The position numbers and the translations under genes were made by a program. This document shows, piece after piece, positions 38,893 to 48,206 of a DNA stretch of 64,000 nt. Under the pieces are notes generated by a model that searched no databases, was not told the DNA's origin, and saw only the letters and a list, made by a program, of their open reading frames with translations. This stretch comes from Gemmatimonadota bacterium (lineage in GTDB: Bacteria > Latescibacterota > UBA2968 > UBA8231), in contig JAYOYH010000020.1 in the NCBI GenBank assembly GCA_038153405.1, forward strand, positions 1 through 64,000, in the 5' to 3' direction. How positions within the stretch are numbered: position 1 is the stretch's first letter; the number at the start of each line of letters is the position of its first letter.

Positions 38893-40065
38893 ATGCATTG
38901 CCTAATCGTATCCATCGACAGTCTGCGCTTAGATTACGTCTCGCCCACCAACCGGCATATTAAAACGCCGCGTTTTGACGATCTGACGCGCGATTTTTGT
39001 TTTTACAGCGGCCTGTTTTCTGCATCCACCGCTACCCGCCCCGTCCATACCTCGCTCTTTACGGGACTCTACCCCTTTGAACACGGCGTCCTCAGCCAGC
39101 GCACGCCGTCTGCGCGCCCGGGCTTTTCACACCTTTTCGAACTACTTCAACGTGCGGGTGCAAACGTCTTTGGCTTTTCAGAGGCGCATCAACTCTTTAC
39201 CGGCCTCCCGTTTGCTCCCTATATAGGCCCTTTCCAGCCCGCGGCACTGACGCGGTCCCTGCGCCCGACCTCGCATCGCCCCCACTGCGTTTTCCTCCAC
39301 TACTGGGGGGCACATACCCCCTACGGTGCGCGCGACGGATCGGCGCTAGGCGAGACGGCCCAACTGCTGCGCACGGGTCAGCTCCACGTTATTAAAGAGC
39401 GCTATATGCGCGCAATAGAGCATATTTTCGAGCGCCGCCTCGTTTCAGTCCTCGAAGCAATCGATCTACGCGAGTGGTCTGTTTTTATTTTTTCCGATCA
39501 CGGAGAAAGCTGGACACCGGAGGAACCCTACCACGGCTATACGCTGCGCAACTCGGTCCTGCGGGTGCCCCTCTACTACCACATTCCCAGCACCAACAAC
39601 CTGCCGCCCTCGCGCTCCGTAGCTTCCCTTATCGATCTCTATCCCACCATACTCAACCTCTTTGAGACTGAGAGTACCCACCCCACCTTCGCGGTGGATC
39701 TGCGCGGCGATACCGACCCCAACCCCTACAAGCTTGCCCAAATTCATCCCGATCCCATGCCTAACGATCTTGCGCCCCCCAAAGGCTTCGCCCGTCTCCA
39801 TTCACCAACTACAGGCCGTCAATGGGCCCTATTTAACCCAGCCTGTAAATACACCTATGACGAGGATTCTGCCGAGGGGCGATTGGAGCACACTCTGAGC
39901 GAAGAAAGACTGCAGCGAGACGAGCTATCGCACGCCCATTTTGAAGGCGAGTTTGCCCGATTGCAGAACCTGTCGCCGTTGGCCAAGGGCCCCGTGGGGC
40001 AAGCCGAAGAAGGCGATGCAGCCCTCCTCGATCAGCGCCTGCGCGACCTGGGCTATCTCGACTAA
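38893..40065 (+). CDS. Sulfatase-like / alkaline phosphatase superfamily hydrolase
   Basis: 'SIDSLRLD', 'TRPVHTSLFTGLYP..HG', 'HTPY', 'SDHGE', 'RLRDLGYL'. Confidence 0.85.
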   Translation: MHCLIVSIDSLRLDYVSPTNRHIKTPRFDDLTRDFCFYSGLFSASTATRPVHTSLFTGLYPFEHGVLSQRTPSARPGFSHLFELLQRAGANVFGFSEAHQLFTGLPFAPYIGPFQPAALTRSLRPTSHRPHCVFLHYWGAHTPYGARDGSALGETAQLLRTGQLHVIKERYMRAIEHIFERRLVSVLEAIDLREWSVFIFSDHGESWTPEEPYHGYTLRNSVLRVPLYYHIPSTNNLPPSRSVASLIDLYPTILNLFETESTHPTFAVDLRGDTDPNPYKLAQIHPDPMPNDLAPPKGFARLHSPTTGRQWALFNPACKYTYDEDSAEGRLEHTLSEERLQRDELSHAHFEGEFARLQNLSPLAKGPVGQAEEGDAALLDQRLRDLGYLD

Positions 40066-40072
40066 CCGAGCA

Positions 40073-40573
40073 TCAGTTGGCGGGGATTTCAACCAATTGA
40101 CCGCGCATGGAAAACAAATCGACGACATGGTAGGTGGAACGACCAAAACGCCCCATGATTTCGCCCGGGTTTAACAGCAATACGCCGTTTTGTAACAGTA
40201 CTTCGTGGGCGATGTGGTCGTGGCCATAGCAAACGATATCAGACGAAGCCGATTCGGCCAGACGCCGGGCAATTTGCGGGTAGTGATTGGCCAGAATGCG
40301 GCGACCGGCCCATTCGAACTCGGCGATTTCTCCGTGCAAGGTGACATGGGCAAAACGGCTGGCCTGTTGGGTGAGTAGGAACTTGTCCCCATCGTTATTC
40401 CCCCAGACGACGTGGATGGGGCCAGCAAAACCCTCGGCCAGTTGTACAAGGGTAAACGGAGCGCAGAAATCGCCGCAAAAAAGCAGCGCGGCCTCCTCTT
40501 GCGGGAGGCTATCTAGCGCTCGTTGCAGCGCCCAAATATTATCGTGAATATCGGAACACACAATGAGTTTCAT
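40073..40573 (-). CDS. YfcE-family metallophosphoesterase
   Basis: SDIHDN, CGD, GNND, GHDH, NPG. Confidence 0.88.
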   Translation of the reverse strand: MKLIVCSDIHDNIWALQRALDSLPQEEAALLFCGDFCAPFTLVQLAEGFAGPIHVVWGNNDGDKFLLTQQASRFAHVTLHGEIAEFEWAGRRILANHYPQIARRLAESASSDIVCYGHDHIAHEVLLQNGVLLLNPGEIMGRFGRSTYHVVDLFSMRGQLVEIPAN

Positions 40574-41187
40574 CGCCCCGTTACCCCGCTTTCATGCGCA
40601 TCGTGGTACGATGCATAATCGGTACCCAACTCGGCAAAAACGCGCTCCCATCGTCCCGCATAAGATGGGTGAGTCAAATCGGCGACAAATCCCAATTTGA
40701 GATAGGTCTTTATAGCGGGCAAGCGAAAATCGTCCGTCAGCAGGAAGATGGGACGGCGTGCCAAGCCCGTGGCGTGTTGCACTGCAGCAGCAGCCACCTG
40801 CTGGCCCAACCCCCGCCCACCGTGCTGGCCATGAGCGGCAATCCACCCAATTTCCCAGCAGGGCTGGCCGGTGCGACAGCGATCATAGACACCGGCACAG
40901 GCGACCAGCTCTTCGAAGTACACGACGAAGAATTGCCCCCCCGACACCAGGGCTCCATCCAGTTCGCCCTGAACCCGCTCAGCAGTCCACTGGCCCAACT
41001 GCCCGTTGATATTGAGCAAGGCACTCCAGCGGGTTTGATCCCCTTCGGCAAAGGCTCGCAAGAAGTAGGGAGCAGGTATCGGCCCGACGGAGGGGGCCTC
41101 TTGCGCGGGATACCACATGAGCAACTGGGGTTGGTCTCTTTTGCTCCCATTGGAGCGCAGCTTATTGAGTAAACCGCGCATCATCAC
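40570..41187 (-). CDS. GNAT family N-acetyltransferase
   Basis: 'HGGRGLG' acetyl-CoA motif; 'TDDFRLPAIKTYLKLGF'. Confidence 0.87.
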   Translation of the reverse strand: MMMRGLLNKLRSNGSKRDQPQLLMWYPAQEAPSVGPIPAPYFLRAFAEGDQTRWSALLNINGQLGQWTAERVQGELDGALVSGGQFFVVYFEELVACAGVYDRCRTGQPCWEIGWIAAHGQHGGRGLGQQVAAAAVQHATGLARRPIFLLTDDFRLPAIKTYLKLGFVADLTHPSYAGRWERVFAELGTDYASYHDAHESGVTGR

Positions 41188-41600
41188 TCGGACTGTTGGC
41201 CCAAGTGCCGCTGGCGAATAAACGAGGATTTGTAGCGCTCCGGTTGGAGGGCATCAAGTACGACCACTCGACACTGGGGAAAGCGCGCGGCCAGATCCGG
41301 CGGGCAGCGCTGGTCGTATCCCAGGGCAATGATATCGGGCGTTATATCGCCGACGACCTGCAGCAGGTTTTGTCCCTCGTATCCAAGCTGCACCCAGTCG
41401 GCGATCCCCAATGAGGCTACATTGGCCCGGCGTTCCTCTTCGCGGTGGTCCGGGTAGTGTCCTTTTATGCGGTTAACATTCTCGTCTCGAGCGACGACTA
41501 CGACGAGTTCATCGCCCAGCGACGCGGCCTGGCGCAAAAAATACTCGTGACCAGGATGCAGATAATCAAACGTGCCGCAACATAAAACGCGTGTGGTCAT
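41184..41600 (-). CDS. Cytidylyltransferase-family protein, archaeal FAD synthase (RibL)-like
   Basis: 'GTFDYLHPGH', 'VVVARD', 'PDIIALGYDQ', 'KSS'. Confidence 0.75.
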   Translation of the reverse strand: MTTRVLCCGTFDYLHPGHEYFLRQAASLGDELVVVVARDENVNRIKGHYPDHREEERRANVASLGIADWVQLGYEGQNLLQVVGDITPDIIALGYDQRCPPDLAARFPQCRVVVLDALQPERYKSSFIRQRHLGQQSE

Positions 41601-41606
41601 AACCGC

Positions 41607-42116
41607 TTATTCGTTTTCCCTTTTATCCACCCAATATTCCATGGCGCGATCCGCCTTAAAACGCTTTCCGAAGTGCTCGGCGTCGACCTGCGTCTTGAAA
41701 TATCCAATGCGAACGCGGACTTCCTTGCTGCCAGGCCGAGCGATGGCATAGGCTGGGTAACCGGCTCCGTTGAGTTCTCGAACTAGCAAATTGGCTTTGG
41801 CCGCATCGCGGTAACCTCCGACTTGAACGGTGTATTGGCCCGTGGGATCATAGGCGATTAGGGCCAGCTCATCAACCGTTCCCACCTCCAGCACAGGGGC
41901 GCGTTCGCTTTGCTCGAAGATATTGTGATTAATGGTCTGGCTCTCGTCGACCGGTTCCTGGTCCACCGGTTTTTCACCCTTTAATTCGACGACTTCAGAG
42001 TGTACGCCCTCCTCTTCGAGGCCCAATTCGTCGCGCCGATCAATTTCGCCCGCGCAGGCGATCAGACCGAATGCGGCCATCGGTATCCAAAGCCTACAGT
42101 TCATTGTCGACACCAT
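41607..42116 (-). CDS. SPOR-domain lipoprotein
   Basis: Lipobox 'LIAC'; C-terminal 'YTVQVGGY...A...L...GYPAY...VRIGYF'; start 42116 or 42104. Confidence 0.8.
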   Translation of the reverse strand: MVSTMNCRLWIPMAAFGLIACAGEIDRRDELGLEEEGVHSEVVELKGEKPVDQEPVDESQTINHNIFEQSERAPVLEVGTVDELALIAYDPTGQYTVQVGGYRDAAKANLLVRELNGAGYPAYAIARPGSKEVRVRIGYFKTQVDAEHFGKRFKADRAMEYWVDKRENE

Positions 42117-42120
42117 GGCA

Positions 42121-43413
42121 CTAATGCACAGCTTTGAGCGCATCGTAGTGCACTGCAAGCGTCTTTTCAACGTCTTCATCGCTGTGTACAACAGAAGGGA
42201 ACATGCATTCATACTGCGAAGGCGCCAGGTAGATGCCGCGCTCGAGACACGCCCAGAAATAGCGCGCAAACCGCTCCAAATCTACGGTGGCCAAATCGGC
42301 AAAGCTGCAGACCTTGCCCTCGACGAAAAACATGGATAGCATGCCGCCTACGCGGTTGATCGCGTAGTTCAGCCCCAATCGCTTGAGATTGGCGCGCATA
42401 CCCTCTTCCAGATGGTCAGTCACAGCCATGAGACGATCGTAGATTCCCGGTTCGGAAAGCATCGTCAGCTGCTCTAGCCCCGCTGCCATGGCCAGCGGAT
42501 TGCCCGACAGCGTGCCGGCCTGCGAAACCTTCATTCCCATCGGCGAAACATTGTCCATAATGTCTCGACGACCACCGTAGGCGGCAGCCGGCAAGCCTCC
42601 ACCGACGATCTTGCCCAAACAGGTCAGATCGGGTTGGACGCCATATAGATGCTGCGCTCCGCCAGGACCGACGCGGAAACCGGTTATCACCTCGTCAAAA
42701 ATCAACACGGCACCTGATTCGGTGGCCAATTGGCGCAGGGCGGCAAGAAAGCCTTCCGCTGGCGGGACCGTCCCCATATTGCCCGCGACAGGTTCTACGA
42801 TAAGGGCGGCTATTTCCTGCGGATTTTCAGCGAGGGCACGCAGGGCAGCTTCTGCATCGTTGTAGGGCACCGTCAGCGTGTTGTCGGCGATGCCCTGCGG
42901 GATGCCCGGACTATCGGGTGCGCCCAGCGTCAACGAGGAGGATCCGGCCTTGATCAAAAAGCTATCGCCATGCCCGTGCCAACACCCGTCGAATTTAATA
43001 ATCTTTTCGCGCCCGGTATAGCCGCGCGCCAGGCGGATAGCCGACATGGTCGCCTCCGTGCCAGAGCTGACCATGCGCACTTTTTCCACCGAAGGCACCA
43101 TTTCGATTATCTTGCGCGCCAGCTGCGTTTCCAATAGCGTCGGCGCACCAAAACTCGTTCCCTTCGCACAGGCTTTGCCAATGGCCTCCACCACGCGCGG
43201 ATGGGCATGTCCTAAGATCAACGGTCCCCAAGAACACACGTAGTCTATATACTCGTTATCGTCGATATCCCATACGTGTGATCCGCTGCCCCGCGCAAAA
43301 AAGCGCGGCCCCCCTCCGACGGCACCAAATGCCCGCGCGGGACTATTTACTCCGCCGGGAATGCACTCCAGCGCTTCTGCAAATGCCCGTTTTGAATTTT
43401 CCGACCCCGCCAT
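42121..43413 (-). CDS. hemL: Glutamate-1-semialdehyde 2,1-aminomutase
   Basis: 'PGGVNSPARAF', 'SWGPLILGH', 'SGTEATM', 'FDEVITGFR', 'GKIVGGGLP', 'GTLSGNP'. Confidence 0.97.
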   Translation of the reverse strand: MAGSENSKRAFAEALECIPGGVNSPARAFGAVGGGPRFFARGSGSHVWDIDDNEYIDYVCSWGPLILGHAHPRVVEAIGKACAKGTSFGAPTLLETQLARKIIEMVPSVEKVRMVSSGTEATMSAIRLARGYTGREKIIKFDGCWHGHGDSFLIKAGSSSLTLGAPDSPGIPQGIADNTLTVPYNDAEAALRALAENPQEIAALIVEPVAGNMGTVPPAEGFLAALRQLATESGAVLIFDEVITGFRVGPGGAQHLYGVQPDLTCLGKIVGGGLPAAAYGGRRDIMDNVSPMGMKVSQAGTLSGNPLAMAAGLEQLTMLSEPGIYDRLMAVTDHLEEGMRANLKRLGLNYAINRVGGMLSMFFVEGKVCSFADLATVDLERFARYFWACLERGIYLAPSQYECMFPSVVHSDEDVEKTLAVHYDALKAVH

Positions 43414-43499
43414 TACAATCCATTCTCCTCGCTCTATTCGCGCAATTAGTTATACTTAATCTACTGCATTCAACGGCTATAATCCACCGGGGCACGCGC

Positions 43500-43910
43500 A
43501 TGGCACGACTTTTAATCATTGACGATAGCCCGCAGAACCAGCAGTACTTAGCACGCATTATTCGCCTGCGCACCAAACACGAAGTAGCCTTTGCCAACAG
43601 TGGACCGACCGGTATCGAGCAGATTGTTGCCGATCGGCCCGACCTCATCTTTTTAGATCTGTTTATTCCGGGGATAGACGGATTTGAATTATTTAAGATT
43701 TTGCGCGACCACCCGGCCACCCACAACATACCCATCGTCATTCATACGGCCGTGCCACTGGATCAAATTACCCGTATCCGCTTAAGGCGCGTACAATCCG
43801 ACGCATTTGTGGAGTTTCCCATCGAGGCCAGCGCACTAGTGCGCGTTATCTCCACAGCTCTTCAGCGCAACAGCAGCGGAACCCGCAAATGGATTCCGCC
43901 CAAGGCCTAA
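43500..43910 (+). CDS. Single-domain response regulator receiver (atypical)
   Basis: 'IIDDS', 'PDLIFLDLFIPGIDG', 'HTA'; start moved to MARLL. Confidence 0.85.
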   Translation: MARLLIIDDSPQNQQYLARIIRLRTKHEVAFANSGPTGIEQIVADRPDLIFLDLFIPGIDGFELFKILRDHPATHNIPIVIHTAVPLDQITRIRLRRVQSDAFVEFPIEASALVRVISTALQRNSSGTRKWIPPKA

Positions 43911-43911
43911 G

Positions 43912-44490
43912 TTAATTAGCCCTCTTATTGTCGGTCGGCGTCACTAGGCTCGTGACGCGCACGGCCATTAAGTCCGAGACCACAACGACTTCACCGGCGC
44001 CAAAAAGCCGCCCGTTGATGCGAATCTCAAAAGCCTCGCCGGCCAGCTTGTCCAACTCGATCACTTCTTGCTCCTTGAGCTTGGCCAATTCTCCGACTGT
44101 CATTTCTTTTCGGCCCAGTTCCACTGAAATATCCACCGATACATTGTGGAGTAGATCCGGTCTCAACTGCTTTTTGGGAACGGAGGGTTCAAGCTGGGGA
44201 AAACGCACGGCGGCAATCTGGTCGTCGTCGTCGAATTCATCTAGGGTATGCCCCCCCTCTGTCCAGGCCTGAATTGCCTCTTTGACGCCCGAATCCTCGT
44301 CTACGGCTTCTTCCTCATCGCCACCGAGTTGCTCTTCCAGATGTTCGAGACCGTCGTCGTCATCCCTTTCCACATCGGCACGATCGTCGCCCTCTTGGGA
44401 ATTATCCTCCCTCTCGGCGCCCTCCAATCCATCCACCGATTCTTCGTCTGCTTGCGCTTCGTTTTCCAAATCAGGATCGAGTTCAGCCAT
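43912..44490 (-). CDS. fliN: FliN-like flagellar switch (SpoA) protein with acidic N-terminal extension
   Basis: 'VRFPQL', 'ISVELGR', 'IELDKLAGE', 'INGRLFGAGEVVVV...AVRV'. Confidence 0.82.
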   Translation of the reverse strand: MAELDPDLENEAQADEESVDGLEGAEREDNSQEGDDRADVERDDDDGLEHLEEQLGGDEEEAVDEDSGVKEAIQAWTEGGHTLDEFDDDDQIAAVRFPQLEPSVPKKQLRPDLLHNVSVDISVELGRKEMTVGELAKLKEQEVIELDKLAGEAFEIRINGRLFGAGEVVVVSDLMAVRVTSLVTPTDNKRAN

Positions 44491-44566
44491 TGCGATTTCC
44501 CATCGGCCAGCCAGCGGTCAATAACGACATTTCTCCAAATGCCTTAATTTACTATATATCAGCTAT

Positions 44567-45580
44567 TTATGAAATGGTGTGGAGTTGAATAAGCTCTTGT
44601 TCGTCGATTCGTTCTAAAGCGTACAGGTAGCGTTGACGCCCCGGACTGCCCACCGGCAAGACTGCGGCAACATCCAGTGCCGTACGGTCGGCCAGCAGCG
44701 CTGCAAGCATTTCTCTACCCTCTACTTCGACTAGGGCCACTCCACCAAATGGCAATATCCGTGCCAGTTCCGCCAGCACGTGCTCTTCGCTCCCCCTGGC
44801 ACAGGTGACCATAATGTGCGAGCATTCCTCCTCTAGTATCGGCAGATCGGAGCCATTCCAACAAAACCAATGCCCCTCAGCAGTGCGAGCAGGTCTCCAG
44901 ACAGATCCCACGCCAGCATATACAGCAACGCCAAAGGAACGCGTCAATTCGGCCACTTCGCCGCCGTCCTTGCGCAGCCAAAGAACGCGGTCACCAGACT
45001 CGAGGCCGACCATTCTCCCCAAACAATACCCGATGGCGCGATGGCTCCCCCCCTCGGCCGACCGCAGGCGCAGACCCAAGACAGCACTGCGCCCGCGCAC
45101 CTGAATCTGCAGCAACAGCCCCTTTTCCGAAGCCCCCGCGCGCAGAGAACAGTCCCGTACGAGGGCCTTTTGCACAGCGTGAACCACCTGAGCAGGACCA
45201 AAGCGGTGGTTTCCCTGAACCGTAGCCTGGACGTGAAAAGCGTCGGCAACTACACCGCGATCACAGGCTTGCGCCAAGCGCTGGGCCGCGCCCATTTCGA
45301 CCTTGGCAACGTGGGCGACTATGCGCTCCAAGCCAGGGGTCCCAACCGTTATACCGCGCATATCGGCCAGCACGGCGTAGACGGCGTGCAGCGAGCGCAA
45401 TTCGAGCAGGCGCAGGGGGCTGCGCTCGTACTTAAAAAATACCCGCGTGTGCACGCGGCCATTTTCAAGGCGCTCGATTTGCACGCCCGTCAGTATTTCA
45501 TGCATCTCGTCGATGGCCACTTCTACATAGCCCGTGGGCACCGCAGCCCAGAAGTGAAATACCTTATTTTCTCCAGACAT
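44567..45580 (-). CDS. THUMP-domain protein with degenerate methyltransferase-like C-terminus
   Basis: N-terminal pattern 'VPTGYVEVAIDE...LRS...FHVQATVQGNHRF' like RlmL/Trm14; SAM motifs not conserved. Confidence 0.6.
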   Translation of the reverse strand: MSGENKVFHFWAAVPTGYVEVAIDEMHEILTGVQIERLENGRVHTRVFFKYERSPLRLLELRSLHAVYAVLADMRGITVGTPGLERIVAHVAKVEMGAAQRLAQACDRGVVADAFHVQATVQGNHRFGPAQVVHAVQKALVRDCSLRAGASEKGLLLQIQVRGRSAVLGLRLRSAEGGSHRAIGYCLGRMVGLESGDRVLWLRKDGGEVAELTRSFGVAVYAGVGSVWRPARTAEGHWFCWNGSDLPILEEECSHIMVTCARGSEEHVLAELARILPFGGVALVEVEGREMLAALLADRTALDVAAVLPVGSPGRQRYLYALERIDEQELIQLHTIS

Positions 45581-46854
45581 TAAACCGGGACCTGCATAGG
45601 ATTGAGGTGGGCGACTCCAGCGCGCCGCGTATTCAAGCAATAGGCAAATCCGTCAGCCACATCGGCCATGCTCAGCTGGCGCAGCAATTGGACGTAGTCA
45701 AAGGGTTGGCCCCCCAGCTGCCGAGCAGCGCTCATCATTTCGACACAGCCATCCGCACTTTCGAAGCTGCGCACGACCTGGCCATACACCTTCCGCCGAG
45801 CCCGCGTGAAATCTTCGCCCCACTCATCGCTGCGCCAATCGGCCGAAAGGGCTCGGTACACCGCCTCGACAAAGGAATCGGGACAGTGCGTTTCGGCCGC
45901 AATCATGCAGAAACCATAGGCCTGTTCCAAATGCACCTCGGCGCTAAACGAATCGCCTAGCACCAGTCCGCTTTCGTAGAGGCGGGCAAAGGCATCGCTA
46001 GCCGGCCCCATCGCCATATCGAGAGCTATTTCTAGGGCCAATTCGCGGCCAATAGTGCGCGGTGGGCATCTCGGCCCCCCGTCGGGAAACGCCATAAACA
46101 CCTGCGGATAGCGCACGGCAGCCGGGGTGCTTACAGCCGGTAGCGCCCCATCTGGGGGCTCGGCGCGTGGGCTGGACCGGCGAGTGCCTGCTCTAAGCTC
46201 TTTGCCATGGCGACGCAGCGCCTCTTCAAAGACAACGACCACGCGATGGGGATCGACGTTTCCCGAGACAAAGAGCGAGGTGTTTTCGGGTCTGTAATAA
46301 GCGGCGTGCCAGCGCTGTAGCAGATCGGCATCTAAGCCGCTGAGCAGCGCCTCGTCACCAGCAATCTCCCGCACTATCGCCTGCTCTCCATAAGCGCTGT
46401 ACAAACAGGAGTGATAGCCCACCCAATCGGGATCGTCCTGGTAGAGTTTTATTTCACTGGCAACGATATCGCGCTCGCGCGCAATGGCCTCCCCATCCCA
46501 ATACCCTGCAAAAACGAGTTCGCAGAGCATATCGATATGCTCTTCCCAATGGCTGCTACAGCTCACGGTGTAGTCCGTGCTTGCCAGTCCAGTGCTGGCA
46601 TTGACATCGCCGCCCAGAGCGGCAAAGCGGTCGGACATATCGCCGTAGGCCTTTTCAAATAGGCGATGTTCTATGAAGTGGGCGATACCCATCGCATCGA
46701 CGCCGTCAAGGCGATGTAACCCTCCCAAACCCACCCGCAGTTGGACGACGATCTGACGCGCATGCCCTTTGGGAATGATCCACACCTCAGCGCCCTGTGC
46801 ACAGCGCCCTGCATAAAATTCTTCATCGATTTCGTGGCACGCGCTGCGCCTCAT
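45580..46854 (-). CDS. M16 zinc peptidase, catalytic subunit (YmfH-like)
   Basis: 'GIAHFIEHRLFE' (HxxEH), 'NASTG', 'ERDIVASEI'. Confidence 0.85.
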   Translation of the reverse strand: MRRSACHEIDEEFYAGRCAQGAEVWIIPKGHARQIVVQLRVGLGGLHRLDGVDAMGIAHFIEHRLFEKAYGDMSDRFAALGGDVNASTGLASTDYTVSCSSHWEEHIDMLCELVFAGYWDGEAIARERDIVASEIKLYQDDPDWVGYHSCLYSAYGEQAIVREIAGDEALLSGLDADLLQRWHAAYYRPENTSLFVSGNVDPHRVVVVFEEALRRHGKELRAGTRRSSPRAEPPDGALPAVSTPAAVRYPQVFMAFPDGGPRCPPRTIGRELALEIALDMAMGPASDAFARLYESGLVLGDSFSAEVHLEQAYGFCMIAAETHCPDSFVEAVYRALSADWRSDEWGEDFTRARRKVYGQVVRSFESADGCVEMMSAARQLGGQPFDYVQLLRQLSMADVADGFAYCLNTRRAGVAHLNPMQVPV

Positions 46855-48164
46855 GTGCTATTTTTCCCCACCGCGGAACGATCGTGCAGTAAATAAGCCA
46901 AGGAAAAGACCACCTGGCGGGCGGCAATGGCCATATCCCGAACGGATAGAGCACCGACGAGGCGCAGCAGCTCTTCGCCGCCCATTCGCATTCCAGCAAA
47001 ATGGCCGCGCAGATTCATGCGGATCAGGGCATCGCGATCCTCGCAGAGGGCGGCGATGCGGTGCTGTAAGAGAGCCCGTCCCTGCTCAAATCCGCTCTCC
47101 TCAATCGACTCATTGGCCACGTCCTCTAGTGCGCGGTCGATTTCCTCTACGACGCGACTATAGTCCTGGCGGTCAATGCCGGCCAGGACGTAGGCCCGAC
47201 CGGCAAACGCATCAATCTGGGAGTCGATATAATAGCAGAGACCGCGCTCTTCACGCAGTCGACGAAAGAGCAGCGATTGGGCTTCGCCCCCCCAAATCGT
47301 GTTGAAGAGCAGCAGGCGCGCGTAGTCCGCTGCGCTGTCGGGGAGGGCTACGCCATAGCCGCAGACGAGCCGACTTTGATTGACTTCGCCGCATTCAAAA
47401 ACGCAGCGGGCGGCAGGCGCCTCCACCGGGCTGACGGAACCAACGACGGGGTTGGGCCGGGCTTGCCGCCACGTTTGCACCCGCTCAGCGATTGTTGAAA
47501 TCTGTGCGGGATGGATCCAACCGCTCGCGTAAAAATGGATTTCGCCGTTGCGCATGAGTTCCGTTTGAAAATCCCACAGATCCGGGGGGTCTACGGCGGC
47601 CACATCCTCTACCTGCGCCGGCAGTCCGGCAAAGCAGTCACCGTCCATTTCCCGCGCACAGCGCCACTGGGCATAAGCCATTTTATCGTTGTAAAGCGAA
47701 TGAATGTGCGCCGTCAGTGCGCGCTTTTCCTGCTCCAAATAGGAGGCTTTATAGCCGTCGCCTTCACGTAGCGGATCCATCGCGATCTGGTGCACCATAT
47801 CCAGAGCGCGCAGCAACAACTCCTCGCGCTCGCCCGCTGCTACAAAACGCGGGTCGAGTAACTCTAGGGCAACGTGTAGAAACTGGCGGTCGGCCATGGA
47901 GCCGATATCGACGGTATAATAGGCCCCATAGAGATTGTCCGCGGCACGGTTCAGGCTCTGCATATCGGGCAGCAGGCGCGTACCGCGTTCGCACAGTCTT
48001 CCAACCAGCGCGAGGTGCGCATTGTCCGGACGTCGTAGGGGATGGCTAATTACGAAATCAAACCGCAGCGTTTTGTAATTGGGCGTGCGCTGCCAGTGCA
48101 GGTATAGACCCCGCCCCAAATACAGATCGACATAGCGTGCAAAGCGTTCGTTGCCCTGTGGCAT
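46851..48164 (-). CDS. M16 peptidase non-catalytic subunit (YmfF-like)
   Basis: 'LYGA', 'QSRLVCG', 'GG...SLLFRRLREERGLCYYIDS'; no HxxEH; coupled to its partner. Confidence 0.8.
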   Translation of the reverse strand: MPQGNERFARYVDLYLGRGLYLHWQRTPNYKTLRFDFVISHPLRRPDNAHLALVGRLCERGTRLLPDMQSLNRAADNLYGAYYTVDIGSMADRQFLHVALELLDPRFVAAGEREELLLRALDMVHQIAMDPLREGDGYKASYLEQEKRALTAHIHSLYNDKMAYAQWRCAREMDGDCFAGLPAQVEDVAAVDPPDLWDFQTELMRNGEIHFYASGWIHPAQISTIAERVQTWRQARPNPVVGSVSPVEAPAARCVFECGEVNQSRLVCGYGVALPDSAADYARLLLFNTIWGGEAQSLLFRRLREERGLCYYIDSQIDAFAGRAYVLAGIDRQDYSRVVEEIDRALEDVANESIEESGFEQGRALLQHRIAALCEDRDALIRMNLRGHFAGMRMGGEELLRLVGALSVRDMAIAARQVVFSLAYLLHDRSAVGKNST

Positions 48165-48206
48165 AGTTCCCGGTTTTGCTTGCGAAAACCACCGGGGAAC
48201 GCCGCA

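Noticed and set aside
43928..44547. Ser-rich + strand ORFs over fliN
   Set aside because: Antisense shadows of the acidic FliN gene
44870..45583. 237-aa + strand ORF
   Set aside because: Antisense to the THUMP-like gene, which fits the operon and has domain-like features
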